A stretch of DNA of 64,000 bases from Thermoanaerobaculia bacterium (GTDB lineage: Bacteria; Acidobacteriota; Thermoanaerobaculia; UBA5066). A program made the translations under genes and the position numbers. The stretch spans positions 181,606 through 245,605 of the forward strand of contig JBBRRY010000002.1 in the NCBI GenBank assembly GCA_038245905.1, read 5' to 3'. Shown here piece by piece: positions 52,328-61,924 of this stretch (within the stretch, counting starts at the first letter, position 1; every line of letters begins with the position of its first letter). A model generated the notes under the pieces. That model searched no databases. It saw nothing but the letters and a program-made list of their open reading frames with translations, and was not told where the DNA came from.

Positions 52328-53326
52328 CTAGTCTCCGAGCCCGAGCGGTCCCGTGAAGACCGCGAGGCCCGTCTTCCCCAGTAGCAGATCGTTGTAGACC
52401 GCCACGAGGCGCGCGGGCGCGGCGGGCACGACCCCCTTCTCGACGACGAAAAGGCGAGGCGATCCGTAGACCTCTTTCTGCCGCAGCGCACTCGAGATCC
52501 GCGAGAGGTTCGCGGGAGCGTTCTTAGCCATCGCGCTCACCATGGCCCGTGCCGCGTCCTGCGGGCTCTTGCCTGCCGAGATCGCGTCCTGGTACGCCTT
52601 CTGCGCGTCCATCGCCGCCTCCATCTGGCTCTTCATCTCCGGCGAGTTCAGGTCGGGCATCCCCTGGGCCTTGCGTGACGCCTTGCCCTGCGCCTTGCCT
52701 GACGCCTTGCCCTGGGCCTCGAACTCCTCGAACGTCATGCCCGCTCCGAACTTCCCCGCGTAGAACGCGACGACCTTGTCGTACGCGTCCCCCGTCTCGA
52801 ACTCGCTCTGACCTTCCGGCAGATTGCTCGCAAAGAAGAGGAACCGGGTTCCGGGATAGAGCGGCACCTTCAGCTCCTCGGCCGCGGGAGCCTTCTGGGG
52901 GCGCACCCCGTCGCTCTGATTGCTCCTCGCGCGCTGCGCGAGCGGGCGCGCGGCGGGGTCGCTGCTCTGCTGGATCGCGCCTTGCGCGGCGCGCCTCACG
53001 AGCGGAACGGGATCGTTGAGGAGGTCCCTGAGGAGCGCCGTGTCTTCGGCGCCGGGCGAGAAGTGCCCGAGCGCGCCTGCGCCCGAGGCGCGCACCGACG
53101 GGAACGGCATCGTCGCGGCCGTGCGCGCCAGCGGCTTGTATTCGAGGCGCCCCGTCTGCGCGACGATCGTCAGGTCGTCGGCAATTCGGCGGGCCAGTCT
53201 CTCGAGCGCGGCCGTGCACGCCGCGGAGGCCGGCTGGGCGCACGCGGCGTCGAGGGGACCGCCCCCCGCCGGCACGTAAACCGCGCGCGCCGACGCGAGG
53301 ATCAGGAGAACGGCGAGAGCGTTCAC
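52328..53326 (-). CDS. secreted HEAT-repeat-containing hypothetical protein
   Basis: short signal peptide, HEAT-like VRASGAGALG / LLNDPVPLVRRAA, then VPLYPG module; GTGA overlap with the upstream gene. Confidence 0.65.
   Translation of the reverse strand: MNALAVLLILASARAVYVPAGGGPLDAACAQPASAACTAALERLARRIADDLTIVAQTGRLEYKPLARTAATMPFPSVRASGAGALGHFSPGAEDTALLRDLLNDPVPLVRRAAQGAIQQSSDPAARPLAQRARSNQSDGVRPQKAPAAEELKVPLYPGTRFLFFASNLPEGQSEFETGDAYDKVVAFYAGKFGAGMTFEEFEAQGKASGKAQGKASRKAQGMPDLNSPEMKSQMEAAMDAQKAYQDAISAGKSPQDAARAMVSAMAKNAPANLSRISSALRQKEVYGSPRLFVVEKGVVPAAPARLVAVYNDLLLGKTGLAVFTGPLGLGD
52668..52715. repeat. 4 x 12-bp tandem repeat encoding QGKA/SGKA/SRKA
   Basis: GCCTTGCGTGAC GCCTTGCCCTGC GCCTTGCCTGAC GCCTTGCCCTGG. 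Confidence 0.8.
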
Positions 53327-54054
53327 TTCTTGCCCCTCCCCTTCGCGGCGTGCGTCTTCAGATCTTCCATTTCCCTCTCGAGGCGCTTCCCCGCCTCCTT
53401 GACGTTGTTGTCGTCGCACGATTTCAGCTTGCACTTCTTCTTGATGCCGTCCCGAAGGGCGTTCAGCTCCTTGAGCTCGACGTCGTAGGCGGCCACCTCG
53501 TCGAGCGCAGCCTCCTTCAGCGTCTCTTTGCGCCCCTTCCGGGCCTCGCACGTCGTCACGTGGAACCGCTCGTGCTTCTCGGCAGCGTCGGCCATTCCGG
53601 TGCACGGCGTGATGCCGTGCAAGAGCTTGATCTGGTTTTCCCGGAGCTTGCAGGTCTTCGTGTCCGTCTTCAGGGAGAAGTTGTAGCGGACGTTGCCGTC
53701 CTTGTCCGCCGTCATCGACCAGCCGGCATTGCTCCACTGGCGGACGGCGATCAGGTCGCCCTTCGGATCGGGCATGTTCCACGTGCACGGGGGAAGCGTG
53801 CCGACGTCCTTCGCCCGCTCCTTCGCCAGCTTGTCCCCGTACGTCTTCTCCTCGGCCTCATAGACGGCCTGCGTCAGGTCTTTTCGCGCCGCCAGCGTTC
53901 GGTAGAACTCCTGCATCTTCGCCGCGTAGCGGATTTCCGCCTCGATGCACGGGAACTGGCAGCAGTCGTCGCAGGCCTTCGTCTCGGCCCGGGCCCGGCC
54001 GGCCGCCATCGTCGACACCAGGAATACTCCGACAAGCGCACGTGAAACGTTCAC
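53323..54054 (-). CDS. secreted Cys-rich protein with HExxH zinc-binding motif
   Basis: signal peptide, 10 Cys, HERFH followed 20 residues later by EVAAY. Confidence 0.65.
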   Translation of the reverse strand: MNVSRALVGVFLVSTMAAGRARAETKACDDCCQFPCIEAEIRYAAKMQEFYRTLAARKDLTQAVYEAEEKTYGDKLAKERAKDVGTLPPCTWNMPDPKGDLIAVRQWSNAGWSMTADKDGNVRYNFSLKTDTKTCKLRENQIKLLHGITPCTGMADAAEKHERFHVTTCEARKGRKETLKEAALDEVAAYDVELKELNALRDGIKKKCKLKSCDDNNVKEAGKRLEREMEDLKTHAAKGRGKK

Positions 54055-54183
54055 CCCGGCGAGTATATTTCGCCTCGATCCTCGGGACGATGAGGCGGGC
54101 GCGGAAGCGGGCTGACGGTGGCGCCGCCGGCAATCGCGTCCTATAGTGCCTCTCGATCTCGTCCTCTACAGAAGGAGACTCGC

Positions 54184-55479
54184 ATGCACCGCATCTCGCT
54201 CGGTGTCCTGGCCTCCATCTTCCTTGCAGCCGCGCCGGCCTCCCGGGCCCATGACCTGAGCCCCGCGGAGAAGACGCTGGCGAGGACCGTCGAGGCCCGC
54301 CTCGGCGAGGAGATGACCGCCCTCGAGACGGTCGTCAACATCGACAGCGGCACCTTCAACGCCGCGGGTGTCCGGGAAGTCGGCCGCTTCTTCGACAAGG
54401 AGCTTCAGGCCCTCGGCTTCAAGACGCGCTGGATCCCCATGCCTGAGGCCATGCACCGCGGCGGGCACCTCGTCGCCGAGCGCGTCTCTCCGAAACCGTC
54501 TGGCAAGCGCGTGCTACTGATCGGCCATCTCGACACGATCTTCGAGGGTCAGGGCCACCGCTTCGAGCGCGCGGGCGACGTCGTCCGGGGTGCGGGCGTC
54601 ATCGACATGAAGGGCGGCGACGTCGTCATCCTGTATGCGCTCAAGGCCCTGCACGCCGCGGGCATGCTCGAGAACACGACCGTGCGCGTCTTCATGACGG
54701 GCGACGAAGAGAACCCCGGTCTGCCCACGTCCGAGTCCCGCCGCGACGTCGTCGCGGCCGCGAATGAGAGCGACGTCGCCCTGAGCTTTGAGTCGGGCCA
54801 GGGAAAGATCGTCCTTGGCCGGCGTGGCCTCAGCACGTGGTCTCTGGATGTCACGGGGGCTCAGGGTCACTCGGCGACCGTGTTTCACAAGGGCGGGGCG
54901 GGGGCGATCTACGAGACGGCGCGCATTCTCGATGGCTTCCAGAGAGCCTTTTCGGCGCATCCCAGCATCACGCTGAACACCGGCCTCGTCCTCGGCGGGA
55001 CGGACGTCGCCTACGACGCGGGTAAGAGCGCGGGGACGTCGATGGGAAAGTTCAACGTCATCGCGAAGGCGGCGACCGCGAAGGGGGACCTCCGCTTCCT
55101 CTCGGACGCCGACCGCGAGCAGGCAAAGTCGAAAATGCTGGAAATCGCTGCGACGAGCCTCCCAAAGACGAGCGCGAAGCTGACGTTCGACGACATGGTC
55201 CCCGGGTGGCCTGCGACCGACGGGAACCGCCTCGTGCTCGACCTGGTCAATGCGGCGGCGCGCGACCTGGGCCAGCCGACGCTCGAAGCCGATGACCCCT
55301 CGGCTCGGGGCTTCGGAGACGTCAACTTCGTCGGCTCCCTCGTAGCCGGCATCGACGGGCTGGGCGTGAGCGGCGAGGGTTTCCACGCCCCGGACGAGAG
55401 GATGGACGCGAAAACGCTTGTTCCCGCCACGCAACGCGCAACCGTCCTGATCGGCCGGCTGCTTCACCCGTCCAAATGA
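54184..55479 (+). CDS. secreted M20 family carboxypeptidase (carboxypeptidase G2-like)
   Basis: signal peptide, IGHLDT, DMKGG, GDEE, GHS, FHAPDE; AAGGAG RBS. Confidence 0.9.
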   Translation: MHRISLGVLASIFLAAAPASRAHDLSPAEKTLARTVEARLGEEMTALETVVNIDSGTFNAAGVREVGRFFDKELQALGFKTRWIPMPEAMHRGGHLVAERVSPKPSGKRVLLIGHLDTIFEGQGHRFERAGDVVRGAGVIDMKGGDVVILYALKALHAAGMLENTTVRVFMTGDEENPGLPTSESRRDVVAAANESDVALSFESGQGKIVLGRRGLSTWSLDVTGAQGHSATVFHKGGAGAIYETARILDGFQRAFSAHPSITLNTGLVLGGTDVAYDAGKSAGTSMGKFNVIAKAATAKGDLRFLSDADREQAKSKMLEIAATSLPKTSAKLTFDDMVPGWPATDGNRLVLDLVNAAARDLGQPTLEADDPSARGFGDVNFVGSLVAGIDGLGVSGEGFHAPDERMDAKTLVPATQRATVLIGRLLHPSK

Positions 55480-55489
55480 AGGAGGCCCC

Positions 55490-55984
55490 ATGAAGATCAC
55501 GTCGTCCCCGCTTCTCGCCCTTGCCGCGCTCTTCGCCGCGGGCAGCGCCCTCGCGCAGCCGGCTCCGAATCCGGCCGCCGCGCCGAAGCCCGCCGCGCCG
55601 CCGCTGCGCGCCGTCGTGACCGACGGCGCGCCGAAGGCCGCGGGGCCGTACTCGCAGGCGATCGTGGAGGGCGGCTTTCTCTTCGCCGCCGGACAGATCC
55701 CCCGCGATCCGAAGACGGGCACCGTGCTGACCGGGCCGATCGAGCAAGCCGTGGACCGCGTGTTCGACAACCTCGAAGCCGTCCTGAAGGCCGAAGGGCT
55801 CGGCTGGGCCGACGTCGTCAGGACGACGGTCTACATGACGAAGGGCGAAGACTTCGCGGCGATGAATGCGGTTTACGCGAAGCGGATGGGCGACGGCCGC
55901 CCCGCTCGTACGACCGTCTTCGTGGCGGGACTGCCCGGAGGCGCTCCCATCGAGATGGACCTCATCGCGCGCGTGCACCGTTAG
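55490..55984 (+). CDS. RidA/YjgF/UK114 family protein with N-terminal signal peptide
   Basis: APKAAGPYSQA, GQIP, MN.VY, PART.V.V..LP....E; hydrophobic N-terminus ending ALA-Q. Confidence 0.88.
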   Translation: MKITSSPLLALAALFAAGSALAQPAPNPAAAPKPAAPPLRAVVTDGAPKAAGPYSQAIVEGGFLFAAGQIPRDPKTGTVLTGPIEQAVDRVFDNLEAVLKAEGLGWADVVRTTVYMTKGEDFAAMNAVYAKRMGDGRPARTTVFVAGLPGGAPIEMDLIARVHR

Positions 55985-56025
55985 CGGCGCGAAGTCGCAG
56001 CGCACCTCCTTTCGCCGCCTTTCGT

Positions 56026-57522
56026 TCACCGGCTCGCCGTGAGGCGCAGCGTCTCCCTTCGGATCCGGATCGCGATGAGCCCGCATTCGGCCTGCCGCAT
56101 CCAGGGAGCCCGCTCCAGTCCCGCCTCGAGCGCCGCTTCCGCCTCGTCCAGACGGTCTTCGTCGAGGTACGCGTAGCCCAGGTTGATTCTCGCCCGCGCG
56201 CTCTCCGGCGCCTTCTGTGCCGCGTCTCTCCAAAGATCGATCGGCGAACGGTACAGCGCGTTTCGCTTCGCGAGGCCGATCCCCAGTCCCAGCGCGACCG
56301 CCAGTGCGGTTCCCAGCGCCAGTCGCCCCCACACCGGCCGCCTCCACGCAGCCGCATGCGCGGCGTATACCAGCCAGGCCGCCAGCCACGCGGGGCCCAG
56401 CGACGCCACGTAAAGCGGTCGCACTCCGACCGGATCCAGACGCCACACGATCGAGTTGCTCGGAAGAAGAGCGATCAGCATCCAGCCGGTCGCGAAGGCC
56501 GGCCACGGCGCGCGGCGCCGCACGCTCACCGCCCATGCGCCCACGACGGCGAGTCCGGCCAGCCGCACGAGCGTGGGCCCCTCGGTCCAGCCCCATTCGG
56601 GAGGCGGGGCGGGATCGATGCTGATGCGCCACGGGAAAGCCCACAGGCCCAGCATCGAGCTGACCGACTGCACGTTCCCGCGCAGAGCCTCGAGCGGACG
56701 GCGCGCGGCGAGGCTGAAGGCCACCAGCTCGCGGTGCCTCGGCATCACGAAGAGCACGCACGCCGCCGCAAGCGTCCCCGCGAGGATCGGCGCGTTCCTG
56801 CGCAGGCGATCGCGCCATGAGGTCTCGTGCGGAGCCACGGGCGACAGCGTCACCTCCCAGCACGCCATCAGGAGCGGAAGGACGAGCGCCGTCTCTCGCG
56901 CAAGAGGGGCCAGGAACGCGAGAGCCCCCGCCCCGAGCGCTCGCGCGGGAGAGGGCGCCTCTCCGCGCGCCACCAGCCACATCGCGCCGAGAGCGAACGC
57001 CGTCGACAACCCCATCGAGCGGCCCGAGACGTACGTCACCGTCTCGGCGGCGAGAGGGTGAAGCGCCCACAACGCGGCCCCGGCGAACGCGGCGACGTCG
57101 GTCCTGGCGGAGGCGCCGGTTTTCACCGCGTTGCCGTCCAACAGCCAGCACCTGGCGAGCAGAAACACGAGCACCGCCGACGCCGCGTGCAGCGCCACGT
57201 TCACCGCCCGGAAGCCTGCGGGCGACGGGCCATGAAGAACCATTCCGAGCGCGTAACTGGCCTTCAGGACGGGCCGCGCCATCAGCGGCAGCCGTGCGAG
57301 CGTGGACGAAGCCGACGCGCCAGGAGCCCCGACGACGTCCGCTTCGTCGTCGAACACGAACCCCGCCCCCAGCGCCGCCAGGAACGGCAGAATTGCGAGG
57401 ACCACGAGGAGAAGCGGGAGGAAAAGGTTCCGAGCTGTCGTGCCGCGATGTTGGACAGGCTCCATCTCGGACCGCGACGTTATCAAGACAGGCCTCTCCT
57501 CCGGAGCGCCGGACGCGCTCAA
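56026..57522 (-). CDS. GT-C type membrane protein with C-terminal TPR (TMTC-like O-mannosyltransferase family)
   Basis: FVFDD luminal motif, RP, NVALH, ALHPLAAETVTYVSGRS, RN..Y....LW.DA, TPR RARINLG; start uncertain (57522 TTG or 57465 ATG). Confidence 0.75.
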   Translation of the reverse strand: MSASGAPEERPVLITSRSEMEPVQHRGTTARNLFLPLLLVVLAILPFLAALGAGFVFDDEADVVGAPGASASSTLARLPLMARPVLKASYALGMVLHGPSPAGFRAVNVALHAASAVLVFLLARCWLLDGNAVKTGASARTDVAAFAGAALWALHPLAAETVTYVSGRSMGLSTAFALGAMWLVARGEAPSPARALGAGALAFLAPLARETALVLPLLMACWEVTLSPVAPHETSWRDRLRRNAPILAGTLAAACVLFVMPRHRELVAFSLAARRPLEALRGNVQSVSSMLGLWAFPWRISIDPAPPPEWGWTEGPTLVRLAGLAVVGAWAVSVRRRAPWPAFATGWMLIALLPSNSIVWRLDPVGVRPLYVASLGPAWLAAWLVYAAHAAAWRRPVWGRLALGTALAVALGLGIGLAKRNALYRSPIDLWRDAAQKAPESARARINLGYAYLDEDRLDEAEAALEAGLERAPWMRQAECGLIAIRIRRETLRLTASR

Positions 57523-58427
57523 TTCACCGTTTCGTCCGGCGACGGTTGCGCTTCAGCCGCCGCCCCTTCCTCCGCGACCTCAAGCAGCTCTGCCCTTCTC
57601 CGCCGCTTCCGGATCCCCGCGACGATCGCGAGGAGCGAGATCCCGAACCACAGCACGGCGGTGCTCGTCAGGATCGGGATCCAGCGCTTCAGAGACGCCT
57701 GCCGCTCGTAGAACGCCTCGCCGATGTCGATCAGCGTCGCGCCCGTCGCGCTGCGCATCGCCTCGTCGAACGTGTCGCCGTGCGCGACGCGCGCGAGGAC
57801 GATCCGCGGCACCGCCGGGCCGTAGCGCTCGAGAAGGTCCTGTATGAGCGCGCCCGAAAGCGCGTACCCGCGCTCCACCTGACGCCTGTCCCCCTGAAAC
57901 AGGTCGTCCAGCTTCCAGAGCGGCACGCGCGGGCCCGACAGCAGCCCGAGCGCCAGCTCGGTCTGGTCGCGCAGCCGCCACGAGCGCCCCGCAAGCATCG
58001 CGAGCCCTTCGTCGAACCACCGCGGCACCCGCCGCCCGCCGCTCGCCCGGTGGATGAATACGTGCGCGACCTCGTGCGCAAGCACCTCCTCGAGGCCGCC
58101 GTCCGGGTATGACGGCGTGCGCTCGGCCAGGATGACGACGACGCTCCCCACGTCGGAGGTGACGCCGTCCGTGAATCCCGAAACCCACGCCGGCATCGCG
58201 CGTGCGAGCGGCGACGACTCCGGCGCGAGAACGACGCGGATGGGCAGCCCCGGCACATCGAGGCCCACCAGGTCCATCACGCTCCAGACCCAGGAACGCG
58301 GCCCGGCGACGAGGCGGTTCGCGGATGGCGGGAGGCCGGGCTCGGGGTCGAAGACGAGGCGCGTGGGCTCGACCGCCGCGAGCGGCGAAGCGAGGAGGAG
58401 ACCCGCGAGGACACAGCGCTTCCAGAT
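57519..58427 (-). CDS. secreted MA-clan zinc metallopeptidase-like protein with C-terminal TM anchor
   Basis: LAHEVAH plus PRWFDEGLA, C-terminal TM and RKRRRR; no nearby in-frame ATG/GTG start, putative ATC start at 58427. Confidence 0.75.
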   Translation of the reverse strand: MWKRCVLAGLLLASPLAAVEPTRLVFDPEPGLPPSANRLVAGPRSWVWSVMDLVGLDVPGLPIRVVLAPESSPLARAMPAWVSGFTDGVTSDVGSVVVILAERTPSYPDGGLEEVLAHEVAHVFIHRASGGRRVPRWFDEGLAMLAGRSWRLRDQTELALGLLSGPRVPLWKLDDLFQGDRRQVERGYALSGALIQDLLERYGPAVPRIVLARVAHGDTFDEAMRSATGATLIDIGEAFYERQASLKRWIPILTSTAVLWFGISLLAIVAGIRKRRRRAELLEVAEEGAAAEAQPSPDETVN

Positions 58428-58539
58428 GAAGGCTAGGGTACTGCGCCCCGAACCTCCCCAGCGCGATGAGCGCGCCGCGACTAGAAGCAGTTCCCCCGCC
58501 CGTCCGGCTCGCGCATCCGCATGAACCGGTGGTGCGGAC

Positions 58540-59694
58540 TCACGGCGGCCACGACCCGCACACCCGCCGCAGGAGCGAGCGCGCGGCGTATCCGGGCATC
58601 TCCGCGAAGGATTCGAGAAGCCAGCGGTCGCGCAGGAAGGCCGGAAAACCGGCGACGCGCCGAAGCGCCGGAGTGTCTCCCGGGGCGAGAAAGGCGTAGT
58701 CGACGAGAACGCGCCGGACGATGCCGCGGAGGTCCGGGGGCCGGACGCCAAGCGCATAATCGGCCCTCTCGAGCCGTGACGCCGGGAGCGCCGCCAGCGC
58801 GTCGAGTGCGGCGGGAGGCACGCTGTCCGGAAAGGCCCCGTCGAGCCAGGCCAGCCCCGCGTGCGCGGCGAGAACGGCGCGGCGCGCACGAGCCGTTTCA
58901 ACGAGCCGCTCCCAATCGAGCCGGGGCGCGCCGCGAATCACGGCGAGCGAGTCGGCTATCCACCGGATCGGAGGCAGAGCGTTCCATCGCCCCCCGTGGA
59001 CGATCACGTGGAGAAGCTGGTCGGCTGGGCCGAGGACGCGAGTGGCGACGCCGCCGAACTCCACAGGTTCGCTGGCACCCCAGAATTTCTCGTCGGCGGG
59101 CACGTCGTGGTCGCGGAAGAACACGTGCCAGTGCAGGTCGATCTCGGCTCCCTCGTTTCGGAAAGCCATGGCGTGTCTCGTGGCGAGGCCCGCTGCGAGG
59201 GCTCGCCGGGAGATCTTCGGCCATGGCTCCCACCCGACCGCGAGGAGCGTGTCCATCGCCGCGTTCGCGTCCCTTCTTCGCACGAGGATGTCCACGTCGC
59301 TCATCGGACGAGCGCCCACGTCGACGTACCCGCGCGCCACGAGAGCAGCGCCCTTGAGGAGCAGCGTCTCGAGCCCTGCCGACTCGAGTGAGCGCACGAC
59401 GTCGGCACCGCGATGGCGGAGCAGCTGGTTCCGGTACCAAGCCGCGCGGGACACGGACTGGAGCCGGCTCATGAGCGGATGCGTGACGCCTCTCGTCCTG
59501 AGGTTCGCGTGGAGGGCAGGCAGGATTCGGTACGAGCCCTGGTCGAGGAGATCGAACTTCACGCGCGCAGCCCAGCTCTCGAACGCGGCGACGGCCCCGG
59601 GACCCTCGAGGAGCGCCGCCAGGAGGAGAAGCTCCTGCTCGGGAGTGGGACGGACCGAACCGATCGTCAACGGGAGCGCTCCCGGGCCCGCCAC
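58540..59694 (-). CDS. uncharacterised nucleotidyltransferase (NTP_transf_5-like)
   Basis: LLLKGAAL, RPMSDVDIL, IDLHW, LLH...HG, RWIAD, DWE. Confidence 0.85.
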   Translation of the reverse strand: MAGPGALPLTIGSVRPTPEQELLLLAALLEGPGAVAAFESWAARVKFDLLDQGSYRILPALHANLRTRGVTHPLMSRLQSVSRAAWYRNQLLRHRGADVVRSLESAGLETLLLKGAALVARGYVDVGARPMSDVDILVRRRDANAAMDTLLAVGWEPWPKISRRALAAGLATRHAMAFRNEGAEIDLHWHVFFRDHDVPADEKFWGASEPVEFGGVATRVLGPADQLLHVIVHGGRWNALPPIRWIADSLAVIRGAPRLDWERLVETARARRAVLAAHAGLAWLDGAFPDSVPPAALDALAALPASRLERADYALGVRPPDLRGIVRRVLVDYAFLAPGDTPALRRVAGFPAFLRDRWLLESFAEMPGYAARSLLRRVCGSWPP

Positions 59695-61184
59695 GACGCA
59701 CGGAAGAGGAGGCCGCCATGGACCGCGACGTCGGGAGGTCCGAACGCGAGGAGCGCATCCGCGATCGCCGCGTCACCGAGGGTCTTCGCGCGGGGAGCGA
59801 TCCGGGCGTCGACGGGCTCGATCGCGACGAGGGTCATGGGCCCCGTGCGCGGGCGGCCCGCAAGCGCTCCGAGAAGGGTCGCGAGCGCCTCGTGGTCGAA
59901 GGCGAGGCTGAGATCCGGCCGGAGAAGGAGGAAGAGCCCGCCGGGCCCATCGGGGGGCGCCGCCGCCGCGTCCGCCGGGAGATAGCGCGCAAAGGCCCTT
60001 GCTGCGTACGGCGGGAACACGACGACTGAGTCGCCCGGGCGGAATTCACGCGCGACGAGCGCCCCGGCCGCCCGATAGTCTTCGACCGGACGGGCTGTGG
60101 TCAAAAGACTCGTGAGCGCCCACGCGAGGCACACGCCCGCGCACGCGGACCACGCGGCGACGCGCGCCCTGCGGCCCGGCACCGAATCCGCCGCGACTGC
60201 GACTGCGGCGAGGAAGTACGGGAGCCCCGGCAAGAGGATGCGGTCCCACACGATGGGTGCGCCGAGCAGAGAGGTTGCGAAGGTGCCAAGCCATGAGACG
60301 CCCGCTCCCGTCAAGAGAGCGAGAGCGAGGCGCTCGCGCGACGCGACGACTGCCACCGCGCCTCCGAGGAGCGGCACGAAGCCGATTGTCGCGGGAACGC
60401 GGCCGGCCTCGACGCCCGGAACGAGATCGAAGAGGCCGAACAGGGAGTCGAAGCAGCGCGCGGCCAGATCGAGCGTCGTCGGAGGTATCCACCAGCGCTG
60501 ACGGTCCAGCGCGGTGAGTCCTACCCAAAGCGCGCCGAAGGCGGCCGCTCCGGCGGCGAGCCCGGGCGCGAGCGAGAGGACGACCTCCCGGCGGCGTGCG
60601 GGTCGCGCCGCGACGAGGCCGGCGGCGAGAAGGGCCGGAAGCCAGAAGACCGCGACGACGTGCGTGAGCACCGCGGCGGACAGAGCGAGAGCGAACGCGA
60701 GCCGGGCCCGCACGTCGTCAGGTGCGGATGCGAGGCGGAACGCCGCTGCGCCAGCGGCGACGAGGAGGAGAGCGAGGAGCGTGTAGCCGCGGACCTCCGT
60801 CCCGTAGCGGACGAGAAGCGGGTTGACGGCCACGAACGCGCCGGCCGCAAGGGCCCCGCCTGGAGAGGCTGGCGCGAGCCATCGCACGAGAAGGGCGACG
60901 AGCAGGAGACTGAGTACGAGCGTCAGGGCCCTGGCCGCCACGTCCGACCCGCCGAACACAGCCGTCCAGCCGCTGAGGAGGGCGAAGTAGAGAGGCGGGT
61001 GGTGGTTCGCGAGGAGTCCGCGCGCCATGTGCGCGAGGCCGGGCGTTGCGGCGCTGACCGTGGAATGAACCTCGTCCAGCCAGAGTGGTCTCACGAGAGC
61101 CGGCAGACGAAGGACGGCCGCGAGGAGGACGAGGAGGATCGCTGCGACTTCGAACCGGCGCGTTCCGGGAGAGCCCACGATCAT
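59667..61184 (-). CDS. GT39/ArnT-like membrane glycosyltransferase
   Basis: LWLDE, HPPLYF.LL, NP....Y..EVRGY; many TM helices; ATGA overlap with the GT2 gene. Confidence 0.8.
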   Translation of the reverse strand: MIVGSPGTRRFEVAAILLVLLAAVLRLPALVRPLWLDEVHSTVSAATPGLAHMARGLLANHHPPLYFALLSGWTAVFGGSDVAARALTLVLSLLLVALLVRWLAPASPGGALAAGAFVAVNPLLVRYGTEVRGYTLLALLLVAAGAAAFRLASAPDDVRARLAFALALSAAVLTHVVAVFWLPALLAAGLVAARPARRREVVLSLAPGLAAGAAAFGALWVGLTALDRQRWWIPPTTLDLAARCFDSLFGLFDLVPGVEAGRVPATIGFVPLLGGAVAVVASRERLALALLTGAGVSWLGTFATSLLGAPIVWDRILLPGLPYFLAAVAVAADSVPGRRARVAAWSACAGVCLAWALTSLLTTARPVEDYRAAGALVAREFRPGDSVVVFPPYAARAFARYLPADAAAAPPDGPGGLFLLLRPDLSLAFDHEALATLLGALAGRPRTGPMTLVAIEPVDARIAPRAKTLGDAAIADALLAFGPPDVAVHGGLLFRASWRARERSR

Positions 61185-61924
61185 CGCGATTCCGGTGTTG
61201 GAGCCGGTCCGGCGCGCCGGAGCGCGGGCAGCTCGGCGCGCGCTCCACCCGCGCCCGCCGCGCGCCGCGCGAGCGACTCGTGAAGGACGCGCATGACGTT
61301 CAGATCCCTCGCGTTTCGGCCCATCACGGAGTTTCCGTCGTGCAGCCGGTAGAGGAGACACGTGTCCTCGAGGACGAGAACGGGGTGGCCATGCTCGCGG
61401 GCCGCGAGAAAGAACGCGAGGTCCTCTCCGAAGCGCAGCGACGGATCGAGGCCACCCACCCTGTCGAACGTCCTCCGGGTCAGGACCACGGCGCCGAGGG
61501 TGAGCGCGACGACGGGCGCCTGCGGAAGCGCCGTGTCGCGCGTCGAATCAGGGTCGAGCGCCACGGCCCGCGTGTGTCCGAGGACGAGGGCGTCCGGCTC
61601 GGCGAGGAGACGAGGAAGTGCCGCGCCGAGCCAGCCTGGAGTCCAGAGATCGTCCACGTCGAGGAACGCGAGAACCGAGGATCGTGCTGCGAGGACGCCG
61701 GTGTTGCGGGCGGCTGCCGGGCCCCGATTCTCCTGCACGAGCGCGTGGAGTCCGAGCGTTCCGGCGATCTCCGCGGAACCGTCCGTGGAACCGTCATCTA
61801 CGACGACGATTTCGAGACCGGCGACGTCCTGCGCGCGGATCGACGCGACGGCGTCCCGGAGAAAGCGCGCCCCGTTGAAAACAGGAACGATCACGCTGAC
61901 CGGAGGGGGCGTTCCTGCCGTCAT
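61181..61924 (-). CDS. family 2 glycosyltransferase
   Basis: VSVIVPVFNG, VVDDGSTD, NRGPAAARN, FLDVDD, GED, YRLH. Confidence 0.92.
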   Translation of the reverse strand: MTAGTPPPVSVIVPVFNGARFLRDAVASIRAQDVAGLEIVVVDDGSTDGSAEIAGTLGLHALVQENRGPAAARNTGVLAARSSVLAFLDVDDLWTPGWLGAALPRLLAEPDALVLGHTRAVALDPDSTRDTALPQAPVVALTLGAVVLTRRTFDRVGGLDPSLRFGEDLAFFLAAREHGHPVLVLEDTCLLYRLHDGNSVMGRNARDLNVMRVLHESLARRAAGAGGARAELPALRRAGPAPTPESR

